Positions 37,191-48,001 of a stretch of 64,000 nucleotides of DNA are shown in pieces. The number at the start of each line of letters is the position of its first letter. The first letter of the stretch is position 1. The stretch is from Candidatus Nomurabacteria bacterium RIFCSPHIGHO2_02_FULL_42_19 (lineage in GTDB: Bacteria > Patescibacteriota > Minisyncoccia > Phycocordibacterales > UBA9973). The position numbers and the translations under genes are program-made. The notes below the pieces were generated by a model. The model was not told where the DNA came from, did not search any database, and saw nothing but the letters and a program-made list of their open reading frames with translations. The stretch covers positions 13,752 through 77,751 of the forward strand of contig MFUG01000016.1 of the NCBI GenBank assembly GCA_001785615.1, read 5' to 3'.

Positions 37191-37829
37191 TTATTTATTT
37201 TTCTTCTCTTCTAAAAACTTTTTTCCATGACCAATTTCGGTATTAATTGGCACACCACTTTTGCAGAGTGGGCAATCTTTTTCATCCCAAACATCCATAC
37301 CTAGGATAGTTAAATAATCAAAAGGAACACCAATAAATTCTGGATTTATATTCAGAGGATCTTTGTTCACTATCGCGCATGCAGCAATAACCTTACCCCC
37401 TTCACTTAAAACACTATCAATGACCTTCTTCACAGAACCACCCGTCGTCACAATATCTTCAACAACTAAAACATTTTTCCCTTTTACAAATTGTCCGTAA
37501 CCCCTGGTAAAAATCTGATTTTTGTCTGGCTGTTTTTCTGTATAAACACTTAAAATTTCTTTGCCTTTCAAAATTCCAAGATGATATGCAGTCCATTGAG
37601 AAAGAATAATACCGCCCATAGACGGGCCAGCCACAACATCAATTGGGGTGTTTTTAAACTTTTCAGCAATAATTTCTGCAATTCGAGAAATGTAAGTAAT
37701 GTGCGGAAAAATATAATCTTTATTTATATACGTTGGTGCATGTTTGCCAGAAATATAAACGAAGTGGCTATCATTAATTACTGCTCCGGTTTTTTTTAGA
37801 ATGTCTACAACTTCTTGATTCGATTCCAT
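37191..37829 (-). CDS. pyrE: orotate phosphoribosyltransferase
   Basis: PRPP-binding VLVVEDIVTTGGS motif. Confidence 0.8.
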   Translation of the reverse strand: MESNQEVVDILKKTGAVINDSHFVYISGKHAPTYINKDYIFPHITYISRIAEIIAEKFKNTPIDVVAGPSMGGIILSQWTAYHLGILKGKEILSVYTEKQPDKNQIFTRGYGQFVKGKNVLVVEDIVTTGGSVKKVIDSVLSEGGKVIAACAIVNKDPLNINPEFIGVPFDYLTILGMDVWDEKDCPLCKSGVPINTEIGHGKKFLEEKKNK

Positions 37830-37833
37830 ATGT

Positions 37834-38913
37834 TTATCTTAACCTTTCTTTTATCTCCTTCGCAAGATACGGGTTCCACATTGCGCCAGTGGCCGACATC
37901 ACGATATCCGCACCCGCCTCCCGGTACTCAAAAAAATCTTCCGCATTCATAACTCCGCCGACACCGATGATGGTATAGGAGTAGCCAAATTCTTCACGTA
38001 ATTTTTTCAATCTTCTTACCATATCCAGTCCCGCCCATTTGATCGCATGCCCGCAAACCCCGCTGTGCGTACGTCCCGGAAGCGCTTCCCCTCCCTTTTC
38101 GTCCACAATCTCTGAAAAAATAGTGTTAATAGCGGAAATGCCTTGCACTAATGCTCCGACTTCTTTTACAAAATTGCGGAGAAGTTTTTCGTTTTTATAA
38201 AAAGAAACTTTAACAATCAGGGGGGTATCTTTAATCTCGCTTTTGATAGCTTTGACCACCTCCACGCTCCGCGCCACGTCATAACATAGAAGTTCAACTG
38301 TTCCCTCGTTCGGGCAACTAAAATTAACTTCCATCACCTGCACGCCGGTTTCTTTCATCATTCTGGCGGCTCTGACAAAATCATTTATATATTCTTCCAC
38401 GTCCGGCTTTTCTTTTTTTGTTCTTTGAAAAGCGCCGACCAGGATCTGGCCAGGGCGTAAATTTTTTATTACTTTTTTTATATCCTCCTGCCAGAATTCC
38501 GGGTCAAAAGACGGCACCCCGAAAGAATTGGTAATGGAAAGCGGCTCCTTAAAATTATGATTGGCAATTAATTTCTTGTCTTCTTTGCCTAAAGTTAAAC
38601 CAGCCGGCACCTCCACTGCTAAAACATTGGGCCATGGATGGCAAGGATATTTTTTTGTACGTACAGTTTTATAAGTGACGATATCAAAGCCCTTGTCCAA
38701 GGCCGCTTGGGCAAAATTCCCATTAATAAGCGGCCCCGCGGCAATGCCAAAAGGCGAATTTACCTTAAAGCCCAGAAAATCATATCCAAAATCTACCCCA
38801 TAGGTCTTGCCTATGGGGTTAGCTAGGACTTCCCCGTTTGCAAAAGCTCCAAAGGGGCCTTGTTCAAAGTTTTCTTTGTAGGATTTATCGGGATCGTAGA
38901 ATGGGACGAGCAT
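37834..38913 (-). CDS. pyrD: dihydroorotate dehydrogenase
   Basis: FGIAAGPLINGNF..., TIM-barrel DHOD motifs, 359 aa. Confidence 0.75.
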   Translation of the reverse strand: MLVPFYDPDKSYKENFEQGPFGAFANGEVLANPIGKTYGVDFGYDFLGFKVNSPFGIAAGPLINGNFAQAALDKGFDIVTYKTVRTKKYPCHPWPNVLAVEVPAGLTLGKEDKKLIANHNFKEPLSITNSFGVPSFDPEFWQEDIKKVIKNLRPGQILVGAFQRTKKEKPDVEEYINDFVRAARMMKETGVQVMEVNFSCPNEGTVELLCYDVARSVEVVKAIKSEIKDTPLIVKVSFYKNEKLLRNFVKEVGALVQGISAINTIFSEIVDEKGGEALPGRTHSGVCGHAIKWAGLDMVRRLKKLREEFGYSYTIIGVGGVMNAEDFFEYREAGADIVMSATGAMWNPYLAKEIKERLR

Positions 38914-38950
38914 TTAAGTATTTTAACATAACTCGTCGACTAAGAAAGAG

Positions 38951-41098
38951 TTACTTCCTAGCCGCGATAATAGTCTCCGCGACGTTGTTCGGCACGGTGT
39001 CGTAGCGTAAAAATTCCATTGTGAAAGAGGCGCGGCCCTCGGTCATAGAACGGAGGCCCGTCATGTAGCCGAACATTTCGGAGAGCGGCACGATAGCCCG
39101 CAGAACTTTATTCACGCCGCGGTCTTCCATTCCTTCAATCAATCCGCGCTTGCTCGAGAGATTGCCAGTAACGTCTCCCATGAATTTCTCCGGAGTGACA
39201 ACTTCTACTTTCATCATTGGTTCCAGGATTACCGGGTTTGCTCTTCGGCAAGCATCTTGAACTGCCATGGACGATGCAATTTTGAAAGCCATTTCGTTGG
39301 AGTCAACTTCGTGGTAACTTCCGTCCCAGAGATCCACTGAGACATTGACCATTCTAAATCCAGCCAGAATTCCGCGGTCAAGTCCTTCCTTGAATCCTTT
39401 TTCGCAAGGGGCAATATACTCCTGCGGAATCACTCCTCCTTTAATTGAATTTATAAATTCAAAGCCGGGCGAGCGCTTGGTATTTTTCGGCAAATCCTCC
39501 AATTCTTCTTTGGTCAGGGCTTCCATTGGTTTGACTTTTATTTTCACGTGGCCGTAGTTTCCACGTCCGCCGGATTGTTTGATATATTTTCCTTCGGCTT
39601 CAGCTCTGCCACTGATCGTCTCGCGATAAGCCACTTGCGGCTTGCCGACATTTGCTTCCACCGTAAATTCACGCTTCATGCGATCCACAATAATTTCAAG
39701 GTGTAGTTCTCCCATGCCGGCGATAATCGTCTCCCCTGTTTCCTGATCAGTAGAGACCTTGAAAGTTGGATCTTCCTGCGCTAGGCGGTTGAGCGCCATG
39801 CCCATCTTTTCCTGGTCGGCCTTTGTTTTAGGTTCAATGCGGAGCGAGATAACTGGTTCAGGGAAAACAATGCGGTTTAATTCTATCGGGTTATTTTCGT
39901 CACAAATAGTGTCTGAGGTAATGGTATCTTTCAGCCCTACCGCGGCGGCAATTTCTCCGGCAAAGACCTCTTTCACTTCCTCGCGGTCGTTGGCATGCAT
40001 GCGTAGGATACGCCCGATGCGTTCTTTGTTGCGAGTTCGGGGATTATAAATATAACTGCCGGCCGCTAGAGTGCCGGAGTAAACGCGGAAGAAAATAATT
40101 TGCCCCACGAATGGGTCTGTCGCTACTTTAAAAGCAAGAGCCGCAAATGGCTCCGAGTCCGATGCATGGCGCAACATTGGCTCTTCGGTTTCGGGGTTGA
40201 TACCTTCAATAGGAGGAATATCGGTCGGGGCTGGCAGATAATCCACTACGGCGTCTAGCACCAACTGCACACCTTTATTTTTTAAGGCCGAACCAGCAAA
40301 AACAGGAAAAATTCTATTTTCAATTACGGCTTTACGCAGCGTCGCCTTCAATGTATCAAAATCAGGGACAAGGCCGTCTAGGTATTGTGTCATTAGGGTA
40401 TCGTCTGTCTCCACTATTTTTTCAATAAGTTCGTTGTGATATTTTAGCGCCTCCGCTTTTAAATTCTCCGGAATTTCCGCTTCTCTTACTTGATTGCCCA
40501 TTTCGCCTTCAAAGTAATAGGCTTTCATACGAAGTACATCAATGACTCCTTCAAATTTATCTTCCAAGCCGATAGGAATCTGCATGCGCACCGCATTTTT
40601 ATTTAAGCGATCAAGAATGGTAGCGTATGACTTCTCAAAAGAAGCCCCGGTGCGATCTAATTTGTTAATGAAACAAACGCGAGGAACTTTCGCTTCATCG
40701 GCGTAGCGCCAATTTGTCTCGGACTGTGGTTCCACTCCAGCCACCCCGTCGAAGACCACTACTGCGCCGTCTAAAACGCGGAGTGACCTTTTCACCTCTA
40801 CGGTAAAGTCAATGTGCCCGGGAGTGTCAATAATATTAAAACGATGCTTCTTGGTCTTGTCAGTTAGTGCGTAAGTTGGCGTCCAGAAACAAGTCACCGC
40901 CGCCGAAGTAATGGTAATGCCGCGCTCGCGCTCTTGTTCCATCCAGTCCGTGACAGTATCGCCTTCATGCACCTCGCCGATTTTGTGTGAAACGCCAGTA
41001 TAAAAAAGCACGCGCTCGGTCGTGGTCGTCTTGCCCGCATCAATATGCGCGATAATTCCAAAATTTCTAACTTTTTCTAGCGGATAATCCCGTTGCAT
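38951..41098 (-). CDS. fusA: elongation factor G
   Basis: [27 protein letters not shown]. 715 aa. Confidence 0.98.
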   Translation of the reverse strand: MQRDYPLEKVRNFGIIAHIDAGKTTTTERVLFYTGVSHKIGEVHEGDTVTDWMEQERERGITITSAAVTCFWTPTYALTDKTKKHRFNIIDTPGHIDFTVEVKRSLRVLDGAVVVFDGVAGVEPQSETNWRYADEAKVPRVCFINKLDRTGASFEKSYATILDRLNKNAVRMQIPIGLEDKFEGVIDVLRMKAYYFEGEMGNQVREAEIPENLKAEALKYHNELIEKIVETDDTLMTQYLDGLVPDFDTLKATLRKAVIENRIFPVFAGSALKNKGVQLVLDAVVDYLPAPTDIPPIEGINPETEEPMLRHASDSEPFAALAFKVATDPFVGQIIFFRVYSGTLAAGSYIYNPRTRNKERIGRILRMHANDREEVKEVFAGEIAAAVGLKDTITSDTICDENNPIELNRIVFPEPVISLRIEPKTKADQEKMGMALNRLAQEDPTFKVSTDQETGETIIAGMGELHLEIIVDRMKREFTVEANVGKPQVAYRETISGRAEAEGKYIKQSGGRGNYGHVKIKVKPMEALTKEELEDLPKNTKRSPGFEFINSIKGGVIPQEYIAPCEKGFKEGLDRGILAGFRMVNVSVDLWDGSYHEVDSNEMAFKIASSMAVQDACRRANPVILEPMMKVEVVTPEKFMGDVTGNLSSKRGLIEGMEDRGVNKVLRAIVPLSEMFGYMTGLRSMTEGRASFTMEFLRYDTVPNNVAETIIAARK

Positions 41099-41211
41099 AT
41101 AAACAAAAAGCGCTCATTGCGCTAGGAATAATATATACCAAATATCTTTTCATTGCAAACGGCTTGCTTGCGTGTTAAAAAGATAACTGAATAAAATTTT
41201 TCATCTAACTA

Positions 41212-41240
41212 CATATATGCGCGATAGCGTAAATATGTAG
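41212..41240. repeat. ~27-bp direct repeat copy 1 (exact 20-bp core cgcgatagcgtaaatatgta)
   Basis: Repeated at 41653-41680. Copies flank the 41251-41628 gene. Confidence 0.85.
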
Positions 41241-41250
41241 TTTAAGATAT

Positions 41251-41628
41251 TTAGATTATACTCTCCTTCCCTGTATAAGTTTTAGCTAATTTAAATGTTT
41301 TAAGTTGCCCCTTCAGCCCAATTTCTCTTAGATACTCTACAAATTCTTTCGGTAGCGGTGATGGTCCAACCCACACGCTTCGCTGTATCATAATGTAATC
41401 AAACTTTTTTAACTGCCTGCGAAACCAATCCCGCTCTTTTTTTCTGACATCTACGATGTCGTACATGACAATCAAGTTCTTGGGCGAATTTTTATGAAAG
41501 GGGGAAGAAAATGCTATGTGATAAAATTTTCTTTTCCGATTATTTTTCTTCACTCGACTTTTATCGGTCCAGACCGGAAGCCCAAGGGCGTTGATTCTTA
41601 TTCCTTTGTAGTAAAACTTTTTAGTCAT
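41251..41628 (-). CDS. Cas2/PaaX-C-like domain protein (125 aa), paralogous to the C-terminal domain of the 21352-21900 product
   Basis: NLIVMYDIVDVRKKERDWFRRQLKKFDYIMIQRSVWVGPSP versus RIVMYDLPIRFKKAREAFRWKLKDLGFMQFQKSTWVYPYP: the shared pattern is hVMYD-X6/7-R-X2-FR-X2-LK-X7-Q[KR]S[TV]WV-X-P. Confidence 0.5.
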   Translation of the reverse strand: MTKKFYYKGIRINALGLPVWTDKSRVKKNNRKRKFYHIAFSSPFHKNSPKNLIVMYDIVDVRKKERDWFRRQLKKFDYIMIQRSVWVGPSPLPKEFVEYLREIGLKGQLKTFKLAKTYTGKESII

Positions 41629-41652
41629 TAATGTAATTATACCCCAAAATAC

Positions 41653-41680
41653 ACATATACGCGATAGCGTAAATATGTAA
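41653..41680. repeat. ~27-bp direct repeat copy 2
   Basis: See 41212-41240. Confidence 0.85.
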
Positions 41681-41708
41681 GTGGAATTTTATTATATAGA
41701 GAAGCAGG

Positions 41709-42179
41709 CTACCAAGCGAAATGAGCAAAGGCCTTGTTGGCTTCGGCCATTTTGTGCGTATCTTCTTTTTTCTTTATCGCGGAACCCTCGTTTTTAGAAG
41801 CAGCGATTAATTCATCCGCTAACTTCAGGTGCATCGGACGCCCTTTGCCACTGCGAGCCGCGTCACGAATCCAGCGCATGGCGAGCGCGATTCGTCTCTC
41901 CGGGCGGACTTCTCTCGGCACTTGGTAGTTGGCGCCACCGATACGCTTGGAGCGGACTTCCGTGGAAGGACCGGCATTTCGCAGGGCCAAATCAAAAACC
42001 TCCAACGGATTCGGGTTGCCGGTTTTTTCTTTTATAATATCAAAAGTTGCATACATCATTTTGCGGGCTGTTTCCTTTTTCCCGGACCACATGATGTAGT
42101 TAATAAATTTCTCTAATTTTTGAGAATTATAGATAAAGTCCGGCTGTACGATATTTCTATTTTTTATTTTACGTCGCAT
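41709..42179 (-). CDS. rpsG: 30S ribosomal protein S7
   Basis: 156 aa, RIGGANYQVP, conserved S7 blocks. Confidence 0.95.
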   Translation of the reverse strand: MRRKIKNRNIVQPDFIYNSQKLEKFINYIMWSGKKETARKMMYATFDIIKEKTGNPNPLEVFDLALRNAGPSTEVRSKRIGGANYQVPREVRPERRIALAMRWIRDAARSGKGRPMHLKLADELIAASKNEGSAIKKKEDTHKMAEANKAFAHFAW

Positions 42180-42188
42180 GAAAATTTA

Positions 42189-42653
42189 TTAACCACTTGC
42201 TTTTACGTTATCACTTACTTTTACTGCTCTAGATTTCTTATCTTGTTTTGGTTTTTTATTCCCGTATAAAGATCTTCCTTGGCGCCTCTTCTCCACGCCC
42301 TGGGTATCGAGCACCCCGCGTACAATATGGTATCTCACTCCGATTAAGTCCTTCACGCGGCCGCCGCGGAGTAGCACCACTGAGTGTTCCTGTAGATTGT
42401 GCCCTTCTCCGGGGATGTAAGCGGTGACCTCCATGCCGTTGGTGAGACGCACTCTGGCAATTTTGCGAAGCGCGGAGTTCGGTTTTTTGGGAGTAGTAGT
42501 GGAGACCTTGGTGCAGACACCGCGCTTGAAAGGGCTAGAGAAAAAAACCGGCCTATTTTTAAGAACATTGAACCCCCTGGTGAGGGCGACTGTCTTGTCT
42601 TTAGGTTGGGATTTTACCCTGCTTTTTTTAATTAATTGATTGATTGTTGGCAT
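42189..42653 (-). CDS. rpsL: 30S ribosomal protein S12 (start at internal ATG 42651-42653; C-terminal K-rich extension)
   Basis: [12 protein letters not shown]...[10 protein letters not shown].. The track ORF is extended 37 codons upstream with no homology. Confidence 0.95.
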   Translation of the reverse strand: MPTINQLIKKSRVKSQPKDKTVALTRGFNVLKNRPVFFSSPFKRGVCTKVSTTTPKKPNSALRKIARVRLTNGMEVTAYIPGEGHNLQEHSVVLLRGGRVKDLIGVRYHIVRGVLDTQGVEKRRQGRSLYGNKKPKQDKKSRAVKVSDNVKASG

Positions 42654-42778
42654 GAAATTTGACCACTTTAGAAAACAAAAGAGTCCGCCACCGCCTAGGC
42701 GGGGTCCCGAAGAAAGCGGGAAAGACTCGACCCGTAATTTACTACAAATAGCTAAAAATTGCAAATAGTCGAGAGCTG

Positions 42779-43405
42779 TTAGAGCGGCAAGCCAACCAGG
42801 AGATTGTACAAGAAAGACAATATTGGGTATAGGTAATTAGCAAAGTAAACAATAAATATAATAAGCAGGATAAAGGAGTAACGCTCTAATACTAAAACGC
42901 CGGGATCAAAAGACCGTGGGAAAAAGGAAAAAAGTATCTTGGAACCATCGAGCGGTGGAATAGGGACGAGATTAAATATGGCCAAGACCAAATTCGTTAC
43001 CACAATGGTGGAGGTTATGAAATAAAATGAATCCGGGAAGTTGAACCCTAAAGAAAAACGTATGAGTAGGCCAAAGATAATTGCGATAAAAAAATTCGCC
43101 AAGACCCCGGCAGTAGCTACCCAGATAGTGCCCCATTTTCTATTACTTAAATTTTCCGGATTGTACGGGACTGGTTTCGCCCAGCCAAACAGAAATGAGG
43201 AATGCGATAGAACTAAAAGCGTCGGTAAAATAATAGAACCGAAAAGATCTAGGTGTTTCAGCGGGTTTAAGGTGAGGCGCCCAGCATGGCGGGCGGTTTT
43301 ATCACCAAAATATTCCGCCATAAAACCGTGCGAAATTTCGTGAATCACGACGGACATTACCAGTATAGCTACATAAAAAACTACATCGATGCCTTGCATA
43401 ATCAA
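42779..43405 (-). CDS. site-2 protease family (M50) zinc metalloprotease
   Basis: HEISHG (HExxH) in a TM helix, polytopic membrane protein. Confidence 0.7.
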   Translation of the reverse strand: MIMQGIDVVFYVAILVMSVVIHEISHGFMAEYFGDKTARHAGRLTLNPLKHLDLFGSIILPTLLVLSHSSFLFGWAKPVPYNPENLSNRKWGTIWVATAGVLANFFIAIIFGLLIRFSLGFNFPDSFYFITSTIVVTNLVLAIFNLVPIPPLDGSKILFSFFPRSFDPGVLVLERYSFILLIIFIVYFANYLYPILSFLYNLLVGLPL

Positions 43406-43431
43406 TATTTTAATGATAGCATGAAAAAACT

Positions 43432-43680
43432 ATGCCGAAAACATGCGTGATAACAAAAAAGGGTTCATTCGTCGGAGGCGGATATTCTAACCGAACTCGT
43501 GCCACCCAGTTCAACCCTACCGGTAAGAAGCGAAAATTTCTAAATCTTCAAAAGAAGAAGGTTTTTATTCCTGAATTAAATAAATCTATAAATATAGAAG
43601 TGTCCGCTCGCGGCCTGCGTACTATGAAGAAGAACGGCGTTTACGCCACCCTCCTTAAGGCCGGTTTGATAAAGGCCTAA
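43432..43680 (+). CDS. rpmB: 50S ribosomal protein L28
   Basis: MPKTCVITKKGSFVGGGYSNR..., 82 aa. Confidence 0.8.
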   Translation: MPKTCVITKKGSFVGGGYSNRTRATQFNPTGKKRKFLNLQKKKVFIPELNKSINIEVSARGLRTMKKNGVYATLLKAGLIKA

Positions 43681-44909
43681 GCGGGCACAAAAGTAAGCGC
43701 TGTTCCTTTTTTGCCAGAGCGGCCAGTTCGGCCGATGCGATGCACGTAAGTATCGTAGGTCTGCGGCACGTCGTAGTTGATGACGTGGGTTACATCCGGG
43801 ATGTCCAGTCCGCGAGCGGCCACATCTGTCGCGATCAAGATATTTATGCGATCTTTTTTAAATGAGTCCAGTATGCGGATACGTTCCCGGCTTCTTTTAT
43901 CACCATGTATGCCGCCAACTTTAAATCCGGCTTGCGCTAACTCTTTCGCCAGAGAGTCCACGCTGTGCTTCATCTCGCGGAAAATTAAAACTTTGTCCGA
44001 GCCGTCTTCTTTCAGAACTTCATGTAGTTTGGTTAGTTTTTCTTCTTTACTTCTTACTCTTATAACGTTTTGGTCAATATTCTTTAACGTCTCACCAGTA
44101 ATGACAGAAATAAAAACGGGCTCTTTAAGATATTGTTCAGTTAATTTCTTAATGTCCGGGGAAAGTGTCGCGGAAAAGAAAAGGGTTTGCCGCGCCTGTG
44201 GGGTTTTACCGATTATGTAAACCATATCGTCGCGAAATCCCATATCAAGCATTCGGTCTGCTTCGTCCAGCACTACAGAGTAGCAAGTTGAAAGATCTAA
44301 AACTTTTCTATCTAAGAGGTCGCGCAGTCGCCCCGGAGTACCGACGATAAAGGATACTCCCATTTTTATTTCTCTAATTTGTTTCATTATGGGTAGACCT
44401 CCTACACAAGCCACCGAAAACATCCCGAAGCCGAAAGCGAGATTCTTAAAATCCGATTCTATCTGAAGCGCCAGCTCGCGAGTCGGCGCCATTATCAAAA
44501 CGGTTTCTCTTTTGTTCTGCCCTTTGGTCTTAGAAATTTTTTCAATTAAAGGTAGAAGAAAAGCTGCGGTCTTACCCGTGCCGGTATTGGCCATGCCGAA
44601 AACATCCTTCCCTTTTAGGACAGCGGGTATCGCCTGATCTTGAATTGGTCGCGGATGCATAAACCCGGCGTGAGTTATATTTTTATGTAGTTGCGCAGGA
44701 AAAGGAAAATCGGCAAAACTATGCTTGGAAACATATGGCTTTTCCTCTACATACTGATTTCTCTTAACGAAACGAGAAAAATCGATCCTTTCTCCTCTGG
44801 ATCTGGTATTATTCTTTTTTTGGCTGAAATATTTTTTGGGCGGTCTTCCTCGGAAAGAAGGCGCGCGACGCCCGAATTTACTCGGGCTGCCCGAATGACG
44901 TGTATACAT
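43677..44909 (-). CDS. DEAD-box ATP-dependent RNA helicase (R-rich N-terminal extension)
   Basis: Q-motif, GTGKT, DEAD (VLDEADRM), SAT, HRIGRTGR. Confidence 0.9.
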   Translation of the reverse strand: MYTRHSGSPSKFGRRAPSFRGRPPKKYFSQKKNNTRSRGERIDFSRFVKRNQYVEEKPYVSKHSFADFPFPAQLHKNITHAGFMHPRPIQDQAIPAVLKGKDVFGMANTGTGKTAAFLLPLIEKISKTKGQNKRETVLIMAPTRELALQIESDFKNLAFGFGMFSVACVGGLPIMKQIREIKMGVSFIVGTPGRLRDLLDRKVLDLSTCYSVVLDEADRMLDMGFRDDMVYIIGKTPQARQTLFFSATLSPDIKKLTEQYLKEPVFISVITGETLKNIDQNVIRVRSKEEKLTKLHEVLKEDGSDKVLIFREMKHSVDSLAKELAQAGFKVGGIHGDKRSRERIRILDSFKKDRINILIATDVAARGLDIPDVTHVINYDVPQTYDTYVHRIGRTGRSGKKGTALTFVPA

Positions 44910-45006
44910 AATGGGTCATCCCCAAAATGCAAGAGAAATGCAAGCGATGAGAATGATATAGAAAGTATAGCATTTTCATAAAAATTTGTCAACGTTTCAT
45001 TAATAT

Positions 45007-45879
45007 ATGAACCCAAGCTATAATACAGATATGAAGATTTATATAGATGCCGTTAAGAAAATAATGGAAGAAGGGAATGATAGAGAAGGCCGATATGGAC
45101 CGACCAGAGCAATGTTTGCCGTACCTTTGCGTTTCAAAATGAAAGACGGCTTCCCGGCCATGACCACGAAAAAATTAGCATTCAGAAGTGTCGCCGCAGA
45201 ATTATTGTGGTTCATTTCTGGTTCCAGAGACAACAGAGAATTAAATAGATTGGGGTGTCATATCTGGGATGCAAACAGCAATGCAAATTATTGGAAACCA
45301 AAAGCAAAATATGAGGGAGACCTAGGGAGAATTTATGGAGTCCAGTGGCGTCATTGGGAAAAACCAGACGGAACGGAAGTAGATCAACTAAAAGAAATAA
45401 TAGAGAGAATAAAATCGAACCCTTATGACAGACGTTTGATTGTAACTGCCTGGAACCCGGGAGACCTTGACCAAATGGCCTTACCACCCTGTCATATGAT
45501 TTTTCAATTTTTTGTCTCCGATGGAAAACTTTCAATGTATATGTTTCAAAGAAGTGCGGATATGTTTTTAGGGGTACCTTTCAATATTGCTTCGTACGCA
45601 TTATTACTTCACATTGTCGCACAACTAACAAATTTAGAAGCAGATGAACTTATAATGACCCTGGGTGATGCTCACGTAGTACATAATCATTTTAATGCAG
45701 TCAAAGAACAGTTAGCACGAGAACCCCTTCCTCTTTGCAAGCTCTGGCTCAGCCCAGATATTAAGAGTTTGGATGATTTAAATACCTCTCAATTTAAAGA
45801 ACCAGATGATATATTTAAAATTTTAAAGTTAGAAGATTATCAATTCCACCCTGCCATTAAAGCTCCTATGGGAGTATAG
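45007..45879 (+). CDS. thyA: thymidylate synthase ThyA
   Basis: LAFRSVAAELLWFISG, ALPPCH catalytic Cys. 290 aa. Confidence 0.9.
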   Translation: MNPSYNTDMKIYIDAVKKIMEEGNDREGRYGPTRAMFAVPLRFKMKDGFPAMTTKKLAFRSVAAELLWFISGSRDNRELNRLGCHIWDANSNANYWKPKAKYEGDLGRIYGVQWRHWEKPDGTEVDQLKEIIERIKSNPYDRRLIVTAWNPGDLDQMALPPCHMIFQFFVSDGKLSMYMFQRSADMFLGVPFNIASYALLLHIVAQLTNLEADELIMTLGDAHVVHNHFNAVKEQLAREPLPLCKLWLSPDIKSLDDLNTSQFKEPDDIFKILKLEDYQFHPAIKAPMGV

Positions 45880-45881
45880 AC

Positions 45882-46370
45882 ATGATTTCACTTATTGCCG
45901 CAATTGGTAAAAATAATGAGATAGGAAAGAAAAATTGGCTTCTATGGGAAATGCCTGCGGATATGAAGCATTTCCGTGAAACAACTCGCGGCCACACGGT
46001 CATCATGGGACAGAAAACATTCGAATCTATCGGGAAACCACTGCCGAATCGCAGAAACATCGTGGTAACTAAAGACGATGCTTTCAATGCTTCAGGCGTT
46101 GAGATTTCTAAGGACTTAGAAAAAACATTAAGTGATTTTAAAGAAAATTTTGAAGAAGTTTTCGTAATCGGTGGAGCTATAGTTTACAGTCAGGCAATAA
46201 AAGTAGCAGACAAATTGTATATAACGCATGTGGATGGCAAATTTCCTGACGCAGATACGTTCTTCCCGGAAATTATTCCAGTCGTCTGGAACGAGGTGAA
46301 GCGTGAAGAACACAAAAAGGATACGGATAATGCTTTTAACTATACTTTTTCTATTTACGAAAGAAAATAA
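45882..46370 (+). CDS. folA: dihydrofolate reductase
   Basis: MISLIAAIGKNNEIGKKNWLLWEMPADMKHFRETT...VIMGQKTFESIG. Confidence 0.9.
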   Translation: MISLIAAIGKNNEIGKKNWLLWEMPADMKHFRETTRGHTVIMGQKTFESIGKPLPNRRNIVVTKDDAFNASGVEISKDLEKTLSDFKENFEEVFVIGGAIVYSQAIKVADKLYITHVDGKFPDADTFFPEIIPVVWNEVKREEHKKDTDNAFNYTFSIYERK

Positions 46371-46404
46371 TCTTACTATTCTGACGGCCGTTAGTATGGT
46401 AAGA

Positions 46405-46731
46405 TTAAGGGTCTTCTGGGGTTTTGACCCGGATAAAAACGTCCTTATCGTCAGGTGATTTTTCTTTTTTATACTTTCGGTTTTTGTTGACTTCGATTTT
46501 GCGCACTAACTCTTTTTCTAAATCAAAACCCATCTTCTCGCACATACCTAAAATAAATATTGTGACATCGGCAAATTCTTCCGCCACGCCGTTCTGTCCT
46601 TTATTATATTTAGAAAATGCTTCAGAGAGTTCTTCGTGCGCACGACAAAATTCTGTGGCCGTATCGGTGTCAAAACCTTTTTCCGCTTTATTCTGTATCA
46701 CTTCTTTTTGTAACTTTTTTAGATCAACCAT
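46405..46731 (-). CDS. MazG-like (all-alpha NTP pyrophosphohydrolase) protein
   Basis: EExEEL..EFADV..FILG..EKMG.DLE pattern of the MazG/dimeric-dUTPase-like NTP-PPase fold. Confidence 0.55.
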   Translation of the reverse strand: MVDLKKLQKEVIQNKAEKGFDTDTATEFCRAHEELSEAFSKYNKGQNGVAEEFADVTIFILGMCEKMGFDLEKELVRKIEVNKNRKYKKEKSPDDKDVFIRVKTPEDP

Positions 46732-46805
46732 CCCAGTAGTAAAATTTTATTAATAATCTTCACCATTATACCCCGTAATCAAAAATTTACTACGGGACAG
46801 GTATA

Positions 46806-47300
46806 TTATTGCTTAGAATACTTTTCGACTTTTTTATTTAAAATTTCTAATTTAACTCCAGCCCGTTTCAACATTTCTTTACTCCTCGCCGACGCATGGT
46901 AATCCATTTCAGCCACCACTCTTTTTATACCGGCAGTAATGGCAAGCTTGGCACACACGTGGCATAGAACCATTTTACAATATATCGTAGCCCCTTCGAG
47001 TGGTACTCCAAAACGGGCGGCTTGAATCATCGCATTCTGTTCCGCATGAATTGTTCGTATACAATGTTCAGATTTGGTGCCGTCTTCATTGATCACCATA
47101 TGCATATCATGCCCAACTTCATCGCAATGCGGAAGCCCCGGTGGAGAACCTACATAGCCAGTAGAAATTACTCTTTTTTCCCGAACAATCACACATCCAC
47201 TCCTCCCCCTATCGCAGGTAGCGCGAGTACCCACATAATTTGCCATACCGATAAAATATTCATCCCAGGAAGGTCTTTGATATTTAGAATTTTTTTTCAC
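46806..47300 (-). CDS. dCMP deaminase (cytidine/deoxycytidylate deaminase family)
   Basis: HAEQNA zinc motif and CxxC (LCHVCAK). Confidence 0.8.
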   Translation of the reverse strand: MKKNSKYQRPSWDEYFIGMANYVGTRATCDRGRSGCVIVREKRVISTGYVGSPPGLPHCDEVGHDMHMVINEDGTKSEHCIRTIHAEQNAMIQAARFGVPLEGATIYCKMVLCHVCAKLAITAGIKRVVAEMDYHASARSKEMLKRAGVKLEILNKKVEKYSKQ

Positions 47301-48001
47301 TTCTTTAATATACTCCCAAAAAGCGGTAGATACAAGTCATTTTTCGGACTAATTTTTAGTTCTTTTTTGTTTATTTTTTCGGTAAATACAACGGGAGCAT
47401 TTGTTATTACGGCAAGTGGCTGCTGTTCTTTCCCCTCTCCCATGCAAACGACGGCAGCCGTGGCCAGACTGTCTGCCACATCTGTTTTTGACATCTTTAG
47501 GATTCTGCCAAAGATATCTTTTCCCCCTACATAGTTGCGTACCCCCTGAAACCCAGCATAACCTAGCGCCACCCCGACAATTCCAGCTCGTAGCGGAAAA
47601 ATTCTACTATCGGTAATGAGTACGCCAAGGTTTTTAATTTTAAATATTTTTCTAAGTTTTTTTCTAATTAATTCTGCTGAAATAAAGCTATCTTTTGGTA
47701 AAAGTATCAGCTTGCCTTTCGCATTAGACTCATCAATGCCAGCGGAAGACATTACCATACCATCTTTGATGGTGAGCCAAGTTTGTTTTGTTTTGATTGC
47801 GTAGCTACTTTCTTTTTTTATAAGAGCGGCTTTTTGTTCCTTATTTTTATAATCTATTGTTCTGCCTTCGGAAAGAGCGACAATTTTTGAAGTAATAACT
47901 AGGACAGACTTCTCTCTCATTTTTTTGACATATTTTAAGACAAAAGAAAACAGATCTTCATTCTCGCGGAATATTCTAGTTTTGATCGCTTTAATTTGCA
48001 T
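47297..48001 (-). CDS. CofE-like gamma-glutamyl ligase family protein
   Basis: SSAGIDESN motif and size (234 aa) match the F420-0:gamma-glutamyl ligase (CofE) family. Confidence 0.5.
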   Translation of the reverse strand: MQIKAIKTRIFRENEDLFSFVLKYVKKMREKSVLVITSKIVALSEGRTIDYKNKEQKAALIKKESSYAIKTKQTWLTIKDGMVMSSAGIDESNAKGKLILLPKDSFISAELIRKKLRKIFKIKNLGVLITDSRIFPLRAGIVGVALGYAGFQGVRNYVGGKDIFGRILKMSKTDVADSLATAAVVCMGEGKEQQPLAVITNAPVVFTEKINKKELKISPKNDLYLPLFGSILKK

